Assembly (NCBI GenBank): GCA_963766715.1
Contig: CAVYBH010000015.1
Span: 288,001 to 352,000 of the forward strand
DNA length: 64,000 nt
Origin: an uncultured delta proteobacterium
GTDB taxonomy: Bacteria; Myxococcota; Myxococcia; Myxococcales; Anaeromyxobacteraceae
Direction of reading: 5' to 3'
Of the stretch, positions 10,741-21,810 are shown piece after piece. Both the position numbers and the translations under genes were made by a program. Within the stretch, counting starts at the first letter, position 1; each line of letters begins with the position of its first letter. The notes below the pieces were generated by a model. The model had not been told where the DNA came from. It did not search any database and worked only from the letters and a program-made list of their open reading frames with translations.

Positions 10741-11863
10741 CTAGATCGTCGCGGCGAAGATGGCCACCCTCCTCCAGACCCTGCTCGAAGGACGCCAGGT
10801 CGAACCCGCTCCCCGACGCCATCCAGTCGAAGTGGGGCGGGATGTGGTTGGGCTGGTTGTAGTGGCCGATGACGTCGTGGTGGTCGGCCCAGGCGGCCGC
10901 CACGAGCTCCCCGTGGATCTGGGAGAGCGTGGGGACGATGCCGTCGTTGGCGGCGGCGTCGGGGATGCGCCCGTAGGCGCGCCGGAGCACGGCGGCGTGG
11001 TCGCGCGTGATGCGCGGCATCCAGCCCTCGGGCGTGCTGGCCGAGAGCCGGTAGAGGGCCACGAAGAGCGCGTGGGTGACCTGGTGCGAGGGGTTCCACC
11101 CGGCGCCCCAGAGCGACCGGAACCCCGGGGAGCGGGCCTGGGTGACCACGGAGCCGTAGCGGAGGCCGGGGCGGTCCTGGCTGGAGGCGTTGAAGACCTC
11201 CATCCCGGCCGGCGAGATCTGGGAGACGAGCCCCTGGTCGCTGCGAACTCCCTCGAGGAACTGGGCGACGGCGCGGCGGCGGTCTCCCTCGAAGTCGCCG
11301 AGCAGCTCCAGGAAGATCTGGTCGACGGCGCCGGTGGCGCGGGAGCGGGGGTTGCGCAGCAGGCGCGCCAGCCGCAGCCCCGCCGAGATGGGCAGCTGCC
11401 CGGTCCGCAGCGTGTAGATCGAGACGAGCGAGAGGAGGCGGAGGAACTGCTGGCCGAACATGCCTCCGAAGAACTGGGCCAGCGGCGTGCCGTGGTGCGG
11501 GGTCGACACCGTGACCACCGACCGGACCGCCCGGGCGCAGCGCTCCACGTCGGCGGGGGTGGGGAGGACCACGCCCGGCGTCACCATCAGCCGGGCGTCG
11601 AGGCCGCCGCTCGAGTGCCCGACCAGGCTCACCCGGCCGGGCGACTCGTCGAGGAGCGCGCTCACCGCCTCGCAGAGGAGCGCGGCCCGGCGGGCCAGGG
11701 AGGCGGTGGGCTCGGTGCGCGCCACCCGGACCTCCCCGTCGATGCCCAGCTCGGGCCCCTTCTCGGCCACGTAGTTCCGGACGTGGCCGAAGTAGGTGAA
11801 GTCGCCGAGGTTGGCGAACCCGAAGAAGCCCGGGACGAGCAGGAGGTGATGGGGGCGGCCCAC
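10741..11863 (-). CDS. Triacylglycerol lipase/esterase (alpha/beta hydrolase)
   Basis: LVPGFFGF oxyanion, GHSSGG nucleophile, TPHHGT, NDGIVP, DHHDVIG; indel near C-terminus fuses it artificially to the next ORF. Confidence 0.9.
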
Positions 11864-11963
11864 GCCGTCAATCTAGACCGGCGGCGCCCCGGGCGCGCAA
11901 TCCCTTCGGGAGCGCTCCGCCAGGGGGGCGGCGGCGGCCTGGGTCACCAAAAGTGAAATCGGC

Positions 11964-12281
11964 TCAGAGGGTCGACGTCCCGTCCTGCGGGAAGAGCGGG
12001 AAGGCGCGCGCCCCGCCGTCCACCGGGGGGTGGCCGGCCGGGAGCCGCTCCCGCCCCACCGGCGGATGGCCGGGCGGCAGGCGGGGGCACCCGTCGACGT
12101 CCGGATGGCCGGGCGGGAGGTCGCCCTCCAGCTGCTCCTCGGCGGCGGGCTCGACGGAGCGGGCCATCGCCGAGCGGTGCGGCTCCCCCAGGACCCGCAC
12201 CGCGACGACCAGCGTGAAGGCCGTCATGGCGAGCAGCAGGGTGCGCGCGACGGCTTGGACCACGAGCGGGGACGGCTTCAT
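11964..12281 (-). CDS. Small membrane-anchored protein with three LP(P/A)GHP repeats
   Basis: GGAGG SD, N-terminal hydrophobic helix, LPPGHPDV/LPPGHPPV/LPAGHPPV. Confidence 0.7.
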   Translation of the reverse strand: MKPSPLVVQAVARTLLLAMTAFTLVVAVRVLGEPHRSAMARSVEPAAEEQLEGDLPPGHPDVDGCPRLPPGHPPVGRERLPAGHPPVDGGARAFPLFPQDGTSTL

Positions 12282-12496
12282 GGCGCCTCCTCGGTCGAAC
12301 GATGTCGACCTTCGCGCTCCATAATTGCCCCCTCTCCCTGGCGCGACCTCTCTTTCGCCGCGCCCGGCCACCCGCCGGTGGGGGGGACCCCGGACACGCC
12401 CCGGACAATTGCGCTCGATCAGGGCGGTGCCCGGTCGGTCCGCTATGGTCGGCCCGGAAAAAAAGACGGGATCGCAGCACCGCTCGGAGGTGGGGA

Positions 12497-13790
12497 ATGT
12501 CCGTGTCGTCGAAGAAGGGCTGGATCGTCACGCTGGCCGGCGTGGGCCTCAACCTGGCCCTGGGCATCCTCTACGCCTGGAGCATCTTCTCGAAGCAGCT
12601 GACCGAGCCCGTGGCGCGGGGCGGCTTCGGGTGGACGCGGACGCAGGCCACGATGCCGTACACGGTCGCCATCGCGTGCTTCGCGATCATGATGGTCCCG
12701 GCCGGCCGCCTGCAGGACAAGCTCGGTCCCCGGATCATCGCCAGCATCGGCGCGGTCCTCACCGGGATCGGGCTGCTCGTGGCGAGCTTCGCCTCCCCTT
12801 CCTCCTCCCTCCCCGCCGTCCTCGGCTTCGGCCTGCTCGCCGGGACCGGCTTCGGCCTGGGCTACGCGGCGGCCACCCCCGCCGCGGTGAAGTGGTTCCC
12901 GCCGCAGAAGAAGGGGCTCATCACCGGCCTCGTGGTGGCCGGGTTCGGCGTCGCGCCCGTCTACATCGCGCCGCTCTCCAAGTACCTGCTCGCCAACCAC
13001 GGCGTGGCCTTCTCCTTCCGCGTGCTGGGCGTCGCCTTCCTCCTCGTCACGCTGGTGCTCTCCCAGTTCATCGTGAACCCGGAGAAGCCGCTCAACGTGG
13101 CGGCGCCCGGCTCGGCCGCGGCGAAGGCCGCCGGCGCCGACGTCTCCTGGCGCGTCATGATCCGCAGCCTCGACTTCTGGTCGCTGTGGCTGCAGTACGC
13201 CTGCGGCGCCACCGCCGGCCTCATGATCATCGGCCACCTGGCCAAGATCGTCGCCGCCCAGTCGGGCAACGCCATCCAGGCCGGGTTCGTCTTCGTGGCG
13301 CTCCTGGCGGTCTTCAACGCCTCGGGTCGCATCGTGGCCGGCGTCGTCTCCGACCGCATCGGGCGCACCGTGACGCTCGTCTCGGTCTTCCTGCTCCAGG
13401 CGCTGAACATGATCTTCTTCGCCAACTTCTCCACCTTCGCCGGCTTCCTGGTGGGATCGGCGGTGGTGGGCTTCAGCTACGGCGCCTGCCTGTCGCTCTT
13501 CCCGGCCACGGCGGCCGACCGCTGGGGGACGAAGAACCTGGGGCTCAACTACGGCATCCTCTTCACGGCCTGGGGCGTGGGCGGCGTCTTCGGGCCGGTG
13601 CTGGCCGGGCGCATCGCCGACAGCACGGGCTCCTACGAGCTCGCCTACCAGACCTCGGCCGGGCTGCTCGTGTTCGCCTCGCTGCTCGCGATGTTCTCCT
13701 ACGTCGCCGTGTCGGTGAACCTCCCCGAGGGGGAGATCACCATCAAGGTGGGCAAGAAGAAGCCGGGGACCCGCCGCGGCGGACGGTCAG
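12497..13790 (+). CDS. MFS transporter, oxalate/formate antiporter (OFA) family; 3' end uncertain
   Basis: [48 protein letters not shown]; stop codon apparently lost by an indel. Confidence 0.88.
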
Positions 13791-15583
13791 GTCCAGGCGA
13801 GCGGGTAGCGCCCCTTCTCGAGGGTGGGGACGACGATGGTCTCGCGCCAGGCGGCCACGTCGCCCGGCTCGTCGTCGAGCAGGCGGCGCAGCTTCTCCAG
13901 CAGGGGCCGCGCCGCCGCCGGGTCCTTCACCGACCCGAGGATGGCCGCGCGGGCGCGGGTCCAGGCCCGGAGGTGGGCCTCCTCCGCGTAGAGCTTCACG
14001 CAGGCGTCGGCCACGGGGTCGGGATCGGCCTGGAGCGCGCGGGCCACGCCGCTGTCGACGGCGTACGCCTCGGCCGCCACGTCCGCCAGCGCGCCCAGCA
14101 CCTCCTGCTGCTCGCCCACCGCCGGCCCGTGGATCCGGGCGGCGACGCCGAGGGCGTAGGCGAAGAGGAGCTTGTTCAGCTCGGCGACCCGCCTCTCCCG
14201 GGCCAGGCGGCCGGTCCCGAGCTTCGGGAGGTCGCCGCGTCTCGACCGCCTTCGCGGCGCGCTGGGCCAGCTCGAGCAGCGGGAAGGCGCCCTTGGCGGC
14301 CCGCTTGAGCAGCGTGCCGGGCACGAGCAGCCGGTTGATCTCGTTCGTGCCCTCGAAGATCCGGTTCACCCGGTTGTCGCGGTAGGCCCGCTCGATGGGG
14401 TACTCCTCCACGAACCCATACCCACCGTGGATCTGCACCCCCTCGTCGGCCACCCAGGACAGGGCCTCCGAGCCCCACACCTTCAGGATCGAGGCCTCGA
14501 CGTTGTACTCCTCGACCGCGGCGATGTAGTCGCGCTCGTGCTCCTTCGTCCCCGCCACCGTCCCGCCGGCGGCGGTGCGGCGATCGATGAGGCCGGTGGT
14601 CCGGTAGCTCATGGCCTCGCCGACGTAGATGGTCGCCACCATCCGGGCCAGCTTCTCGCGGATCAGGCCGAACTCGGAGATGGGCTTGCCGAAGGCCTTC
14701 CGGTCCTTGGCGTACGGGGCGGCCAGCGCCACCACGTTGCGGCAGCCGGCCACGCAGGTGACGCCCAGCTTGAGCCGGCCGATGTTGAGGATGTTGAAGG
14801 CGATGCGGTGCCCCTTGCCAATCTCGCCGAGCAGGTTGCCCACCGGGATCCGGGCGTCCTCGAAGATGAGCGGCCGCGTCGAGCTGCCGCGGATGCCCAT
14901 CTTGTGCTCCTCCGGACCCGTCGTGAACCCCGGGGCGTCCTTCTCCACGATGAAGGCGCTGAACTTCTCGCCGTCCACCTTGGCGAAGACGATGAAGACG
15001 TCGGCGAAGCCGGCGTTGGAGATCCACTGCTTGGTGCCGTTCAGGATCCAGTGCTTCCCGTCGGGAGAGAGGACGGCGCGGGTCTTCGCGGCCATGGCGT
15101 CGGAGGCCGAGGAGGGCTCGGAGAGCGCGTAGGCCGCGATCCACTCGCCGGACGCGAGCTTCGGCAGGTAGCGCGCCTGCTGCTCCGGGGTCCCGAAGAA
15201 CACGATGGGCAGCGTGCCGATCCCCACCTGCGCGCCGAACATCACCGACCAGGAGCCGAGCACGGTCATGGCCTCGGCGACGAGCGCGCTCGTGGTCATG
15301 TCCTGGGCGAGCCCCCCGTGCTCCTCGGGCACGTCGAGGGAGAGGAGCCCAGCTCCCCCGCCTCGCGCACCAGGCGGCGCACCACCGCGAAGTCCTTCGC
15401 CTCGATGGCGTCGGCCGAGGGCAGCACCCGCTCGACCGCGAACTTGCGGGCGGTGCGGAAGAAGTCCCGCTGGTCCGAGGTGAAGCGGTCGGGCGTGTCG
15501 ATCGGCGTGGCGCCGACCTCGGCGAGGAGGAAACCGCCCCCGGACGGGAGCGTCGCTGCGGTGACCTCGGTGACCTCGGCCAT
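13787..15583 (-). CDS. Acyl-CoA dehydrogenase (long form; frameshifted)
   Basis: [51 protein letters not shown]. Confidence 0.93.
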
Positions 15584-15661
15584 GGTTCGCCTCCGGAGTT
15601 GATTCGGGAATCGAACGATGATCTACGCGCAGCAAGCCCCGGGGCGTCAAGCAGTCCCGGG

Positions 15662-17242
15662 TCAGCGGCCCGAAAGGTCCGCCGTGGGCAGGAAGCGGGG
15701 CGGGCGGCGCTTCCGGGTGGCCTGCTCGTACGCGTACGCGAGCCGGAGCAACTTCCCCTCTTCCCAGGCCTTTCCGATGAAGCTCACGCCGACCGGGAGG
15801 CCGAACGCCTGGCCGGCAGGAACGGTGATCGAGGGGTAGCCGGCCACGGCCGCCGGGGTGGAGCTTCCCTCCACGAAGTGGTCGCCGTTCACCAGGTCGA
15901 TGGTCCAGGCGGGGCCGCCGGTGGGCGCCACGATGGCGTCGAGCCGGTGCCGGGCGAAGACGGCGTCGAGCCCCTGCGTGCGGGAGAGGCGCCCGCACGT
16001 CTCGAGCGCCTTCCGGTAGGCCGGGCTGGTGAGCGGACCCTTCGCCTGCGCCTTGACGAGGAGGTCCTGCCCGAAGAACCGCATCTCCTCGTCCCGCCGG
16101 GCCTCGTCGAAGGCGATCACGTCGGCGAGGGTCTTCACCCGCGCGCCCGGCGCCCACTCCGGCAGCCAGGCGTCGATCCCGGCCTTCAGCTCGTGGAGCA
16201 GCACCTCCATCTCCGCGTCGTCGTACTCGCCGAGGTGCGGGATGTCGGCCGGGTCGACGATGACGGCCCCTCGACGCCGCATCTCCTCGACGGCGGCGTC
16301 GAAGATCCGGTCCGCCGGCGGCGAGCTCCCGTAGACCTTCCGGCGGGCCACCCCGATCCGCGCCCCTCGCAGGCCGTCGGGGTCGAGGAAGCGCCGGTAG
16401 TCGGGCCGCGCGTGCTCCCGGGCCGCGCGGGTGGCCGGGTCGGCGGGGTCGGGTCCTGCGAGGGCGGCGAGGAGCACGGCGGCGTCGGCGACGGTGCGGG
16501 TCATCGGCCCGGCGGTGTCCTGCGTCCGCGACACCGGCGCGATCCCGGTGCGGCTCACCAGCCCCACCGTCGGCTTGAGCCCGACCAGGCCCGTGGCGGC
16601 CGAGGGGCACACGATCGACCCGTCGGTCTCCGTCCCCACGCCCACCGCGGCCAGGCTCGCGGCCACCGCCGCCGCCGTGCCCGACGAGGAGCCGCACGGG
16701 GTCCGGTCGAGGGCGTACGGGTTGCGGGTCTGGCCTCCCCGGCCGCTCCATCCGGACGACGACTGGGACGAGCGCATGTTGGCCCACTCCGAGAGGTTCG
16801 CCTTGGCGAGGATCACCGCCCCGGCCTCGCGCAGCCTCGCCACCAGGAAGGCGTCGCGCGGGGCGCGGTTCCCCGAGAGCGCCAGCGACCCGGCGGTGGT
16901 CTCCATCGAGTCGCCGGTGGCGACGTTGTCCTTCACGATCACCGGGATCCCGTGGAGCGGTCCGCGGGTGACCCCATCCTTCCGCTCCCGGTCGAGCCGG
17001 TCGGCGACGTCGAGCGCGTCGGGGTTCACCTCGAGGACCGACCGCAGCGCGGGGTCGAGCCGGGCGATGCGGGCCAGGTACCCCTCGACGAGCGTCCGGG
17101 AGGTGGCCCGCCCCGCCGACATGGCCTCCTGGAGCTCGGCGACCGTCGCCTCCTCGAGCTCCACCCCTGCCGCGCCGGCTCCCGCCGGGACCGAAGGGAG
17201 GAAGGCGGTGATCGCGGCCGCTACCGCAACGAGTCGTCGCAT
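15662..17242 (-). CDS. Secreted amidase-signature family amidase
   Basis: Signal peptide, [30 protein letters not shown]. Confidence 0.93.
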   Translation of the reverse strand: MRRLVAVAAAITAFLPSVPAGAGAAGVELEEATVAELQEAMSAGRATSRTLVEGYLARIARLDPALRSVLEVNPDALDVADRLDRERKDGVTRGPLHGIPVIVKDNVATGDSMETTAGSLALSGNRAPRDAFLVARLREAGAVILAKANLSEWANMRSSQSSSGWSGRGGQTRNPYALDRTPCGSSSGTAAAVAASLAAVGVGTETDGSIVCPSAATGLVGLKPTVGLVSRTGIAPVSRTQDTAGPMTRTVADAAVLLAALAGPDPADPATRAAREHARPDYRRFLDPDGLRGARIGVARRKVYGSSPPADRIFDAAVEEMRRRGAVIVDPADIPHLGEYDDAEMEVLLHELKAGIDAWLPEWAPGARVKTLADVIAFDEARRDEEMRFFGQDLLVKAQAKGPLTSPAYRKALETCGRLSRTQGLDAVFARHRLDAIVAPTGGPAWTIDLVNGDHFVEGSSTPAAVAGYPSITVPAGQAFGLPVGVSFIGKAWEEGKLLRLAYAYEQATRKRRPPRFLPTADLSGR

Positions 17243-17412
17243 CTTGGGGGACCTCCGGTCCGGCAGCGTAGCCCAGCCGCCCTCCCTCGTCGGTGTTTTT
17301 GCTCGACAATCTGGAAAACGCACGATAGAGGATTCGTTCCCGCCCCTCTCTGGGACGGAGCCGCCCGCCACTTTCTGGCGTACGGATTTCGAGAAGAAAA
17401 GAGCAAGAAGCA

Positions 17413-17616
17413 ATGGGTACCGGCACCGTGAAGTGGTTCAACGACGCGAAGGGCTTCGGATTCATCACGCAGGACGGCGGCGGCGAGGACGTGTTCGTCC
17501 ACCACACCGCAATCCAGTCCGATGGTTTCCGCACCCTCGCCGAGGGCCAGAAGGTGGAGTTCGACGTCAACAAGGGGCCGAAGGGGCTCCAGGCAGCGAA
17601 CGTCCGCGCCATCTGA
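17413..17616 (+). CDS. cspA: Cold-shock protein
   Basis: [21 protein letters not shown]. Confidence 0.96.
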   Translation: MGTGTVKWFNDAKGFGFITQDGGGEDVFVHHTAIQSDGFRTLAEGQKVEFDVNKGPKGLQAANVRAI

Positions 17617-17642
17617 TTCCACTTCACGTCCGCTGAAGTGGC

Positions 17643-17678
17643 GAGAGCCCGGCTCCTCGGCCGGGCTCTTCGGTTTTC
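17643..17678 (+). terminator. Intrinsic terminator after the cold-shock gene
   Basis: GAGAGCCCGGC..GCCGGGCTCTT hairpin followed by CGGTTTT. Confidence 0.75.
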
Positions 17679-19020
17679 AGAAGTTCTCGTTGATGTTGAG
17701 GTAGATGCCGTGGGAGCCGTCGAGCCCCACGCCGTACTCGATGAGCCCGTTCGTCCGGGTGGGCTTGTTCACGAGCACGCGGATCCCCACCGTGGCCGCC
17801 GGGTACCAGTACTGGAACGCCGGCGCGTTCTGGGGATAGCCGGGAACCCAGGCCTGGCTCGCCGAGTGGACGTTCATCCCCACCGCGCCGCCCACGAAGT
17901 CCCAGATCTGGAAGCGGTACTCCGCCTCGGCGTAGAGCAGCGACTTCCCGATGTGGCGCCCCTCGATGTAGCCGCGGCCGGAGCGCGCGTCGGGGTCGCT
18001 GCCGATGGAGGGCAGGTTCAGGTAGGGGACGTTCCCGAAGGAGAACCACCCGTAGGCCCAGAGCGCGAGCACGTTCGGCTTGGGGAGCGAGAAGTAGGCC
18101 CGGCCGTCGACGTACAGCGACTGCCAGTCGTAGTCGCTCCCCATCCACTTCGGGAAGGCGCGGTACGTGGCCGTGGCGTAGTAGCCGCGGGTGGCGTTCA
18201 CCGGGTTGTCGCGGCTCTCGTAGAGCAGGTCGACCGAGAGGCCGACGTTGTTGTACGGACCGGCCGTGCCGTACGGGTAGCTGGCGAAGGGATCCACGAC
18301 CCCCGGCGCCGCGCCCCGGTCGGACACCGCGTAGAAGCGGTCGAAGTAGACGCCGGCCCCGACGTAGAGGTCGGCGAAGACGCGCCGGTAGGCCGTCTCC
18401 CAGAGGCGGAGCAGGCTCTTGTCGACGATGACCTCGGCGGAGTCCGGGGTGTTTCCGCCCAGTCCCCAGGTGGGCGCCGGGAAGATCTGCCAGTTGGCGT
18501 AGCCGACGAGGCTCCAGTCTCCCCCGCCGAAGTAGATGCTCGTCCGCAGCGGGATCGAGAGCTGGCCCTTCACCGTGTAGAGGATGTTGGTGGCGAACTT
18601 GGAGAGCTTGGCCACCTTGTCGTCGAAGTGGAAGACGCCGGCGCCGGCCACGCCGAAGCCGAAGCCGATGAGGGGACTGGTGAGGATGAAGGGGACGGCG
18701 TTCCAGTGGAACTTCTTCTTCGCCGCCGCCTCCCGCTCCTCGGGAGTGGGCTCGGAGTAGAGCCCGAGGCCGCGCACGATGGCCTCGGGGAGGTCCATGG
18801 TGGCCTCGCTGGGCTCGACCGTGCCGGTCTCCTCCACCGGGCCCGGGCGGGCCGCGGGAGGAAAGGCGGTCTCGAGATCGGGGGCCTTCTCTGAACCTGG
18901 GGGGGGTGAATCCGCGGCCGCCGCCGCCGCCGGATCTCCCGCCCTCACCCAGGCGGGCGCGGCTCCGAGGAGCGCGCTCGCGAACAGGGCGATGGCGGGA
19001 ATACCGGGGCGGCGCGGCAC
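17677..19020 (-). CDS. BamA/TamA (Omp85-like) outer-membrane barrel protein
   Basis: Signal peptide, [21 protein letters not shown] loop motif, AEYRF, C-terminal YLNINENF. Confidence 0.8.
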   Translation of the reverse strand: MPRRPGIPAIALFASALLGAAPAWVRAGDPAAAAAADSPPPGSEKAPDLETAFPPAARPGPVEETGTVEPSEATMDLPEAIVRGLGLYSEPTPEEREAAAKKKFHWNAVPFILTSPLIGFGFGVAGAGVFHFDDKVAKLSKFATNILYTVKGQLSIPLRTSIYFGGGDWSLVGYANWQIFPAPTWGLGGNTPDSAEVIVDKSLLRLWETAYRRVFADLYVGAGVYFDRFYAVSDRGAAPGVVDPFASYPYGTAGPYNNVGLSVDLLYESRDNPVNATRGYYATATYRAFPKWMGSDYDWQSLYVDGRAYFSLPKPNVLALWAYGWFSFGNVPYLNLPSIGSDPDARSGRGYIEGRHIGKSLLYAEAEYRFQIWDFVGGAVGMNVHSASQAWVPGYPQNAPAFQYWYPAATVGIRVLVNKPTRTNGLIEYGVGLDGSHGIYLNINENF

Positions 19021-19044
19021 GCGCGCAAGATAGCAGCGAAGGGG

Positions 19045-19680
19045 CTAGTTGGCGGCCTTCTTCGGGCCTTGGCGGCCTTCTTCGGGGCCGGCTCGACGGC
19101 GATGGCGACGGCCTCGGTGTACTCGGCGTTGACCTTGTCGCCGACCTTGACCTTCTCGAGCGGGATCTCCTTGCCGGCGGCGACCTTGAACTTGCGCCCC
19201 TCGGGGCCGACCAGCGTGACGACGCGGGTCTTCATGTCGATGGCGGCGATGGTGACCGTGCCCTTGATGGTGGCCTTCACGTCGGCGGCCGGCTTCTCGC
19301 CCGGAGCGGCGGCGGCGCCGGTGGCGGTGGCGGTGGGCTCGACCGGCTTGGCGCCGGGGGCGGCCATCGAGAGGACGACGCCCTGGCTGAAGGTCACGAC
19401 GACGAGGTCGCCGACCTTCACCTGGTCGAGGTTCTTCACGTCGGGGCTGACCGTGATGGTCTCCTCCTTGCCCTTCTTGCCCTTGAGCGTCACCTTGCGG
19501 GTGGCGACGTCGACGGCGGTGACGGTGGCGGTGAGCTGCTCGGCGCGGCCGCCGGACACGGTGCCCTTCTTCGACGACTGGTGGACGGTGAGGGGCTTCT
19601 CGGCGTCAGCGGCGCTGGACGGCCATCGGGACGAGCGAGAGCGAGGCGGCGCAGAGGGACAGGAAGAGCTTGCGATTCAT
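19045..19680 (-). CDS. Exported protein with two tandem OB-fold-like repeats (frameshifted)
   Basis: Signal peptide MNRKLFLSLCAAS; repeat TVTAVD..TRKVTLKG..L..VKVGD occurs twice. Confidence 0.7.
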
Positions 19681-19778
19681 CGGACCTCCAAAGGTCGTGG
19701 GAGTGGGCGGACATTTTACGCGTGGTGGGAGGAGATTGCCGCTCCTTTTGGGGCGCTGCGCCCCCCGAAGGACGCCCC

Positions 19779-20865
19779 TCAGCTCGCCGGGTAGCGGGCC
19801 CAGGTGCCGCACTGCCCGCCGGCGCAGGGCATGGTGCCGGTCCCGTAGTGTCGGTGCAGGTCGTCGGCCACCTGCTCGATCACGTCCCGCAGCTCGAGCC
19901 GGTCGACCCAGCGCCGCGGGATGGCCTGCTCGCCCAGCACCAGCCCGAGCAGGCTTCCCGCCACGCTCCCCGTGGAGTCGCTGTCGCCGGAGTGGTTCAC
20001 GGCCAGGAGGACGCCGTGCTCGAAGTTCTCCGCCACCATCGCGGCGTAGAGGCCGATGGCGAGCGCCTCCTCCGCCGACCCAGCCTCCCCCGATCGACTC
20101 GATCTCCGCCGCCGACCCGCGCGGCGACCGGGACAGCCACAGCGCCCGCTCCACGGCGCGGGCGGTCTCCTCGTGGCCGGGCTGCCGCCGCAGGACGTCG
20201 AGGGCGCGCACCGCTCCCTCGTCCAGGCTGGCGCCCTCGGCCACCTCGTGGACGAGCTGCGCCAGGTAGCCGGCGGCCAGCCAGCCGGTGGGGTGGCCGT
20301 GGGTGATGGCGGCGAGCTCGCAGCCGGTGCGGAACGGCTGGCCCGGGGGGAAGCCGGCCGGGGCGATGCGCATCACCCCGCCGCAGCCCTTGCTCTCGTT
20401 GATGGGCTCCTCCGGGGTTCCCATGCGCCCCTTGCGCAGCGCCGACAGGCAGGTGTCGCCCGGCCCCCGCACCGCGTGGAGCCCCTTCAGGCGGAAGAGC
20501 CAGCCGTCCTCGTCGGGCAGGCCGCGGCGCTGGACCACGTCCCCCTGGGTCTCCAGCCAGCGCAGGTAGGCGTGCCAGGCCACCTCGGCGACGCGGGCGC
20601 CGGGGTCCTTCTGGCGCAGGTGCTCGGCGCGCAGGAGGGCCTCGGCGGTGAAGAGGGTCATCTGGGTGTCGTCGGTGATCGCGCCCAGTCGCCGGTAGGC
20701 CATGGCGTAGTCGCGAAGGCCGGCGGGGCCGAACTGCTCCTTGATCTCGGCGTGGCTCTTGAACTCGATGGCCGCGCCGAGCGCATCCCCCACCGCGCCG
20801 CCCACCAGGCAGCCGCGGAAGTTCGCCCTCGTCCTCCCGCCCCGGATCGTCCTGGCCTCGTTCAT
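19779..20865 (-). CDS. ADP-ribosylglycohydrolase family protein (indel near 20075)
   Basis: [34 protein letters not shown]. Confidence 0.92.
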
Positions 20866-21138
20866 CTCGCGCCCCCTGGCCCGTTCCCGCCGCCGCGCAT
20901 TCTGGCACACCTCCGTCGGGGCGCCTCTCCCCTGCGGGGCAGGGGTCCGACATTCACCATTGAGTCTTCATGTGTACGCCGGAGCGACGCGCCACCACAT
21001 CCGCACAGCCCGACGCACGTTTCCCTCGATGAACACAGGGTTTCCTGCGCTACCCGGGTGCATCGGACCCCTCGATGCCCGTGGGACGGAGAGCGCTTCA
21101 AACCCCGTCCGGACGCGCGTCTTCGGCCGGGCGCGACT

Positions 21139-21154
21139 TGGCTCGCCAGGTGCT
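21139..21154 (+). promoter_or_regulatory. Candidate sigma54 -24/-12 promoter of the cytochrome gene
   Basis: TGGCTCGCCAGGTGCT with GG-N10-GC spacing directly upstream of ATG 21167. Confidence 0.45.
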
Positions 21155-21166
21155 CCTCTCGTGGGC

Positions 21167-21776
21167 ATGACCGGCGCATCGCTCACCTTGACCGCGCTCC
21201 TCGTCCTCCTGGCCGGGCCGAGCACGGAGGACCGCACCCAGTTCAACGCCTACCAGGTGCAGCTGGCGCGCATCATGGCCTCGGAGGCCGGCGCCCGGCC
21301 GTCCACGCTGTCGACGTCCGCGTCCGCCCCGGGAGGCTGCCTCCTCGTCCCGGGCGCCACCAACGTCGCGACCACGCGCGACTGCACCGCCTGCCACGTG
21401 GGCTTCGAGGGGAACCACTCCCACCCGGTCGACGTGGACCACGAGGCGGCGCGGTTCCGCTCCCGGGGCGGCTCGGGCCCGACGCTTCGCCCGGCGGCCG
21501 AGGTCGTGAAGCGCGGCATCTTCCTGGCCGACGGCAAGGTCACCTGCCTCACCTGCCACGACGGAAGCTCTCCCTGGAAGGCCAAGCTGGCGCTGCCTCC
21601 CGACGCCCAGCTCCGCGAGCCGGTGAAGCCGGGCAACCCCCAGACCTACGACCCCGCCCGGATGCGCGCCCTCCGCGATGAAGGGGCTCACCGCCGCCAC
21701 CGGCAAGCAGGTCCTCCCGGCCGGGACCGAGGTCAGCCCGACCCCGCTCTGCAAGGCGTGCCACTCGTTCGACTAG
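21167..21776 (+). CDS. Small triheme c-type cytochrome (indel near 21675)
   Basis: N-terminal hydrophobic segment, CTACH, SHPV, CLTCH, and CKACH just before TAG in a shifted frame. Confidence 0.85.
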
Positions 21777-21810
21777 CGCATCCCCGAGCATGGCCCGTAG
21801 ACTCCGGGCC

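Noticed and set aside
8571..11863. Lipase-B12 protein and lipase-ADH fusion ORFs
   Set aside because: Frame switches join three separate genes, each with its own plausible start
12302..14308. 668-aa extended MFS protein
   Set aside because: Extension overlaps the convergent acyl-CoA dehydrogenase; likely a lost stop near 13780
19779..20865. DraG nitrogenase regulator or toxin-immunity role
   Set aside because: No draT, nif or ADP-ribosyltransferase gene nearby; only family-level call supported
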